Source: Eledone cirrhosa (Eukaryota). Taken from it: DNA of 64,000 bases. The notes beneath the pieces are model-generated. The model worked only from the letters and a program-made list of their open reading frames with translations, ran no database searches and was not told the DNA's origin. Made by a program: the position numbers and the translations under genes. Of the stretch, positions 56,595-64,000 are shown piece by piece; position 1 is the first letter of the stretch, and every line of letters begins with the position of its first letter. The stretch is taken from NCBI GenBank assembly GCA_964016885.1, contig OZ024744.1:58032001-58096000 (forward strand), written 5' to 3'.

Positions 56595-56874
56595 ACTATT
56601 AAATCTCTCCCAAGGTAACTCTCTCTTGTGTTGTTATTTTTATTTTATCCTTTATAATCTTCCCTTCATTCTACACATCTCACCCATCTTATACACACCA
56701 CGCATCTCAACGTACACCCACTTCCATCTCTCTCCACCACCGGACCTTGTTACCCGGAGATTTACCCATTTGCAGTGTCGAGGCTTCCAAACGACTTAAA
56801 GATATTTACTTATTGTTCCACAATGCTTCAAGCAAACTTCAATACTCTCTTATATATATGTATATATATATATG

Positions 56875-56938
<64 letters not shown>

Positions 56939-56989
56939 TATACATATATATATATACATATATATACATATATATATATACATATATAT

Positions 56990-57090
<101 letters not shown>

Positions 57091-57308
57091 ACATATATAT
57101 ATACATATATATATATATATACATATGCATATATATATATATATACATAAATATATATATATACATATATATATATACATATATATATACATATACATAT
57201 ATATATATATACACATATACATATATATATATATACACATATACATATATATATATACACATATACATATATATATATATATACATATATATGTATATAT
57301 ACATATAC

Positions 57309-57362
<54 letters not shown>

Positions 57363-57383
57363 GTATATGTATATATGTATATA

Positions 57384-57458
<75 letters not shown>

Positions 57459-57483
57459 GTATATATGTATATATGTATATGTA

Positions 57484-57527
<44 letters not shown>

Positions 57528-57547
57528 CATATATATATAAATACATA

Positions 57548-57579
<32 letters not shown>

Positions 57580-57585
57580 AATACA

Positions 57586-57617
<32 letters not shown>

Positions 57618-57674
57618 GATATACATATATATATATAGATATACATATATATATATAGATATACATATATATAT

Positions 57675-57732
<58 letters not shown>

Positions 57733-57775
57733 ATGTGTATATGTATATATGTATATATGTATATATATATATGTA

Positions 57776-57835
<60 letters not shown>

Positions 57836-57841
57836 AATACA

Positions 57842-57873
<32 letters not shown>

Positions 57874-57880
57874 GATATAC

Positions 57881-58105
<225 letters not shown>

Positions 58106-58116
58106 TATATATATAC

Positions 58117-58199
<83 letters not shown>

Positions 58200-58382
58200 A
58201 TAGGATATACGTTCCTTCACGCACAAGGCGCCAAGGTACGCATGTATTGTCCAACCAAATGCCAGTGTGGTTCAATGGCGGGTTAATAAATTAACGAGCC
58301 AGAACAAATATAAACAAGGTTTAGCAAATAATGAAAAAGTTTCAAAATAAATTTTAAAAAATTGACTTTACCTACTATAGTT

Positions 58383-58466
58383 ACCTTTACCGATCGGTTT
58401 CGAATCCCAAAAATAAAACGGAGACCATACGGCCTTCGTTGTAAAGAAAGATTCTCGTCAGAAGGT
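58383..58466 (-). ncRNA. Type I hammerhead ribozyme (canonical core)
   Basis: Reverse complement: ACCTT CTGACGA GAATC..GATTC GAAA CCGATCGG TA AAGGT; lies between ~22-bp inverted repeats (~58309-58330 / 58678-58699). Confidence 0.9.
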
Positions 58467-58692
58467 TCTTTTCATTCAAAGAATATAAAATTCCTGAATT
58501 TAAATCACAAACTAGCGCTATCAAAACTGTTCCTGGGATGAGAGTGGATGAAGAAACATGTTTATCAAGGGCCGTAGCAAAGATAGAGGCAAAAGGAGGT
58601 AGGTCAAACTAGCCACAGCTATTGCTAGCAGCAGTCAGAACGACCAATTTTGTTCTCAACGTTAGTGGAGGTAGTAGTATTTGCTAAACCTT

Positions 58693-58829
<137 letters not shown>

Positions 58830-58863
58830 CATGTATATATATGTTTATATATGTATATATATG

Positions 58864-58921
<58 letters not shown>

Positions 58922-59142
58922 GGTATATATATTTAGTTTCTGAATTTGTTTAGCAAGATTCTTTATCTGAAAACGTGTGTTGAAACCGATATTGTTATAC
59001 TTTGGGAGGGTCATGTTGCCAATAAGAAACACACGCACCAGTTGCTTTCACTTCAATTTATTATAATAAATTTATAAATTTAGGAATTTATAAATTTCTG
59101 GTTGGTTGGTTGGTTCCACAACCAGATGGTTGTTTATATATT

Positions 59143-59185
59143 GTCAAAGTTCTTTCGTCACACATTCTGTGACCTCTTCAGTGAC
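59143..59185 (-). ncRNA. Minimal hammerhead ribozyme
   Basis: Reverse complement of 59315-59357. Confidence 0.7.
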
Positions 59186-59314
59186 TGGGGATTCTTTTCT
59201 TTGTTTTTGTGCCTCTCCTTTGTTCAGTCCTACGCCATTTTGTTTCAAACAAAATGGCGTAGGACAGAACAAAGGAGAGGCACAAAAAAAAAAAATCAAA
59301 GAAAAGAATCCCCA

Positions 59315-59357
59315 GTCACTGAAGAGGTCACAGAATGTGTGACGAAAGAACTTTGAC
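59315..59357 (+). ncRNA. Minimal hammerhead ribozyme
   Basis: GTCA CTGAAGA G GTCAC agaatgt GTGAC GAAA GAAC TT TGAC. Confidence 0.7.
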
Positions 59358-59534
59358 AATATATAAACAACCATCTGGTTGTGGAACCAACCAACCAACC
59401 AGAAATTTATAAATTCCTAAATTTATAAATTTATTATAATAAATTGAAGTGAAAGCAACTGGTGCGTGTGTTTCTTATTGGCAACATGACCCTCCCAAAG
59501 TATAACAATATGTATATATATATATATGTATATA

Positions 59535-59674
<140 letters not shown>

Positions 59675-60044
59675 CTATAAAAAGTACAATACCTTCTCCA
59701 AGACATTTCATGAAATTCTATGTGTAGCTGTTATGGTTTAATTGCTGTAAGTTACAGTTTTACCCTGTCTTTTACTCCAAGGACAGCACTTTGGCATGTT
59801 TGTCAGATGCAGTGACCCTCAAATGGACCAGTAGTACTGTTGGTAGGAGTTGAAACTGCCAAAGTCTATGTCAACAGTTGAAGATCTTGGAGTTCTGTAT
59901 CTTTCATTTGTCTTTTTTTGCCATGTTTTTATTTAAAAAAAAAATTTTTTTAAAGGATTCCTCATTGAATAAATTCTATTCATTCTGCCTTGTTTTCATT
60001 CATCTTATTTACTGCTGTCTTCTCTTTGTCAATAATCCTAATTT

Positions 60045-60103
<59 letters not shown>

Positions 60104-60107
60104 CATA

Positions 60108-63023
60108 TCATCATCATCAGCATCATCATCACCATTTTACGTCCGTTCTTCCACGCTAGCATGGGTTAGACGGGGTGTCCTGTTGTGAGCAGTGTCTAGT
60201 CGGCTGACCTTGTCTTGCTCATACAGGAACTGATTCTGGCTTGATTTCTACAGCTGGATGCCCTTCCTAACATCAACCTCATTTACAGTGAGTGCTGGGT
60301 GCTTTTTTTCCGTGGTGCCTACACATCAACTTTACATGGTGGGCTGGGTGCTTTTTTGCCATGGCATCTCCACGACCACTTTGCAGTAGGAGGGGGATGC
60401 AGACATATTGTCTATATGCTCCAGCTTCGGCTTGTACCCGTGGGGGGTCAGGTCTTCTGTATTACTGTGTGACGCCAGAGGTCACGGTCATGTGTCATCG
60501 CCTTTGAGAGGTGTAATTGCGTAAGGTGGGCTTTTATCACCTCATCCCAGGTCATCTTGGGTCTCTCCACTCCGCGGCTCCCATCGACTTCTAGAGCTCT
60601 GCATCTTTTTTATGCAGCTGTCATCCTTCATATACATCACATGTCCATACCAACGCAACCTTCTCTCTTGCACACAGCATTTGATTCCTCTTATGCTCAG
60701 TCTCTCTCTCAATTGGTTTATGCTTTGCTGTTCGCGTATATTACTATTACACATCCATCGGAGCATGCAGGCTTCGTTTCTTTCTAATCTACGCAAGTCT
60801 TCTACAGACAGCATCCAGGTCTCACTACCATGTAACATTGCTGTTCGTATACACACATCATACAGTCTGCCTTCATTTTGAGGGAAAAGCCTTTTGCAGC
60901 TAGCAGTAGCAGTTGCTCCCTGAACCTCTTCCATCCCGTTCTTACCCGAGTTATTGTACTTTCCGAACACCCACCTCCGCTGCTAATTCGGTCACCTAGG
61001 TAGAAGAAGCTGTGTAGTTTCTACAGAGCCCTCCCAGAGATTGGTGGTGCTTGTTTCCTTTGGCTGTTTGCTGCTTGATGTCCCAGCGCAGCTGCTACAT
61101 GTGAAGCCTACATTCTTAGTTAAGCTTCCTGAGATCCCACTACATCTCTTGTGTACCCATTGTTTGCATTTAGGGCAGAGGATGGAGTTCCTACCTACAC
61201 CTTTCCTACTTTCTGAGAAAGGCCATTTCCCTGAGGGGATCTGAGTTCTGTTTTCTGGTCTAATTACAAGAACCTTAGTCTTTGTCAGGTTGACTTTGAG
61301 AACCCTTCTTTCTAGTCCCTGCTTCCATGTTTGGAATTTCTTCTCTAGTTCTACCATAGATTCAGCTATAAGTGCAAGGTCATCAGCATACAGGAGTTCC
61401 CATGGGCATCCGGTCTTAAACTCCTCCGTTATTGCCTGCATGACTATGATGAACAGGAGAGGGCTAAGAACAGAGCCCTGGTGGACACAGACCTGTATGT
61501 TAAATTCCTCGCTATAGTCATTGTTAACCCTAACTTTGTTGACTGCTCCCCTATACATGGCTTGTACAGCTTTCACAAGCCATTCATCTACTCCTAGTTT
61601 TCTAAGAGCCCACCAGATTACAGCACGTGGAACTCTGTCAAAGGCTTTCTCGAGATCGACAAATGCCAGGTAGAGTGGCTTACTTTTAGCTAGGTACTTT
61701 TCCTGTAACTGCCTGACAAGGAAGAGGGCATCAGTGGTGCCTTTTCCTGGCACAAACCCAAATTGCATTTCACTTAGTTTCGCCCGGTCCCTAATCAACT
61801 GTGCTATAACTCTTTATGTTACTTTCATGACCTGGTCCACCAGCTTTATACCTCTATAGTTTCCTCTATCCAGTGCATCACCTTTACCCTTGTAGCAGTT
61901 GACAATGATGCTGCTGCACCAATCCTTTGGTATGACATCTTCTAGTATTACCTGGTTGACAATACGTGTGGTTATGGTGTGACTTACCAACCCAGATGCC
62001 TTCAGCATCTCGGCAGCTATACCCGATGGACCAGTTGCCTTCCCAGTCTTCATATATTTGATTGCCTTACTTACTACGCTGCTGCTGACTTGTACTGCTG
62101 GCCCCTCTATAGGGTCTACTTGGGGTAGGGTCTCTTCTCCCCATGCATTCTCCTCATTTAGTAATCTATCATCTTCCACACATCGTTCTTCTCAGCACTT
62201 GTGAGGGCAAGCTCACCTTCATCATTCTGGATACACTTCTCTCCAATGACATCACAATTCTCTCTGACACACTGCCTTGCAATCTTGAATGTCTCTTGTT
62301 TCTGGTCCTCACGTTGCAAGACATGCTTGAATTTTCTATCCTCCGCTTCCCTTCTAGCTAAGTATAATTGCCACCTAGCTTCCCTCCTGGTCTCTATGTA
62401 ATGTACCCTGCTTCCTCCATTCTTCCATTCTTTCCATGCCTGTCTCTTAGCCTTAACTGCCTCATCTACCTTATTTGTTCCACCACCAAGTCACTCTCCT
62501 CTTGCCTGTGGTCTTACTCCAGCCACAGATCTCATCCGTCGCCTTTAGTAAGTTATTTTTTAGGAACTCCAAGTGCTCTTCTACATTGAATGTCTGTATC
62601 TGTTCTTCTTTACTCGCATAGGTGTCGAGTAAAATATCTTTAAATCTATTACTGGCTGAGGGGTCTTTCAGCTTCCAGATCTTTCTTCTCCAGGTTGGCT
62701 TCTGTTTCCAGGTTCGTCTAGTTCTGACCATGAGGTCCCTGACAACTAAGTTATGTTGGGAGGTACATTCTTCATCTGGGAAGGCTTTTGTGTTTACGAC
62801 CGTCCATCTGGCACGTCCTCTGATGAGGATAAAATCTATCTGACTAGAATGCTCCCCTGATCTATAGGTGATCAGATGGTTGTTGGGTTTTTTGAAGTTT
62901 GTGTTACATATCAACATGACATAGGCGTTGCAGAATTCTAGAAGTCTGAAGCCTTCTTCATTTCTTGTGCCAAACCCATGGCCTCCATGGACTCTATAGA
63001 CGCCGATGTTTACCTACGTGTCC

Positions 63024-63025
<2 letters not shown>
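60108..63025 (-). mobile_element. RTE-clade LINE (partial APE + RT), decayed
   Basis: [87 protein letters not shown]; (ATG)n tail. Confidence 0.95.
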
Positions 63026-63054
<29 letters not shown>

Positions 63055-63256
63055 GAGAGAGAGAGAAAGCGATAGATGTATATACTAACCTAACAAGAAG
63101 CTATTAAAGACTTTAAAAGAGTGTATATGAGTGTGTACGTGTGTGCACACGCATGGGCGCATGTAATGGAATGGAGACTAGGTTCAAATTGACTTAATAA
63201 TAAAGCTTTTATAGTAAATTCAATAAAGCAAAGCAAACGCTTAGTAATTTGTTAAG

Positions 63257-63326
<70 letters not shown>

Positions 63327-63525
63327 TGAGGAAGAGGATGAGGAGGAGGACTTCTGCTGTGCTGAAAATCTCATTAGTAGAAACTGATTTGGCATTTTTA
63401 AGCTGACTGAGACTGCAGGCTGCATCATAATTGGTTGTGGTGGTAAAGTAATTGTGGTTCCATGTATGTGAACTCTTTTATACTCATTAATAGGCATGAA
63501 GCTATAACAAAAAAGGTAAATATAT

Positions 63526-63575
<50 letters not shown>

Positions 63576-63616
63576 TCATCATCATCATCATCATACGTCC
63601 GCTTTTCCCTGCTTGC

Positions 63617-63693
<77 letters not shown>

Positions 63694-64000
63694 ACCAATT
63701 CTTCCTAATACAAAAATAAGGATTGTAATGGAATAGAAAAAAAATCAGAAAGAACAAATTTAAAAAAAAAAAACCTTTCTTATTTTTATACTGCTTGAGA
63801 TTTAATGAAGCACTGAAACAAACTAAATTACCAATTTTGTGGGTGGGTGTGTTGGTGTGTGTTTCTTTTTTTTATCAGTTAGTCAGGAGGGAGGAGAGCA
63901 TGCAAAACAAAAAAAAATGTAAAAAAATAAATAAATAAAACCAGTGTACCCCAGTATGGTCGCAACCTAATGACTGAAACCAATAGAAGTACAAAAGAAA

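Larger units (their letters stand above)
53473..56853 (+). mobile_element. Near full-length Penelope-like element inserted in (TA)n
   Basis: 94-bp terminal direct repeat (53473-53566 = 56760-56853, 1 mismatch) that includes the ORF start; RT + GIY-YIG ORF; long TA arrays on both sides. Confidence 0.95.
58989..59511. repeat. ~520-bp palindrome (1-nt loop at 59246) of a PLE pseudo-LTR-like unit
   Basis: Arms mirror apart from a small indel in a poly-A/T run. Each arm has an HHR and the putative ORF start ATGACCCTCCCAAAGTATAAC. Family fragments at ~3979, 14705, 28791, 30150 and 48850. Confidence 0.95.

Overview
AT-rich, repeat-saturated eukaryotic DNA with no recognisable host gene. The mix of SINEs, RTE LINEs and (TA)n/(ATC)n/(GA)n microsatellites suggests an octopod cephalopod (inference). 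It contains a near-intact Penelope-like element (PLE; RT + GIY-YIG, 53473-56853) inside long (TA)n arrays, two other PLE remnants, many decayed RTE LINEs, a HERO-like LINE, a full-length Tigger/pogo transposon, non-autonomous Helitrons, hAT/piggyBac/mariner MITEs, tRNA-derived SINEs and a 48-bp tandem array. The main signal is missed by the ORF track: about 19 type I hammerhead ribozyme (HHR) motifs from roughly 13 unrelated sequence families, read by eye on both strands. Almost all lie in short, non-coding, (TA)n-flanked modules arranged as tandem repeats or foldbacks. One module (48151-48835) has two near-identical HHRs 522 nt apart and looks like a retrozyme or minimal PLE that could release a 522-nt, possibly circular, RNA. 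Several motifs carry the compensatory U3-A8 core variant. All folds and boundaries were read manually; ends of decayed elements are approximate.
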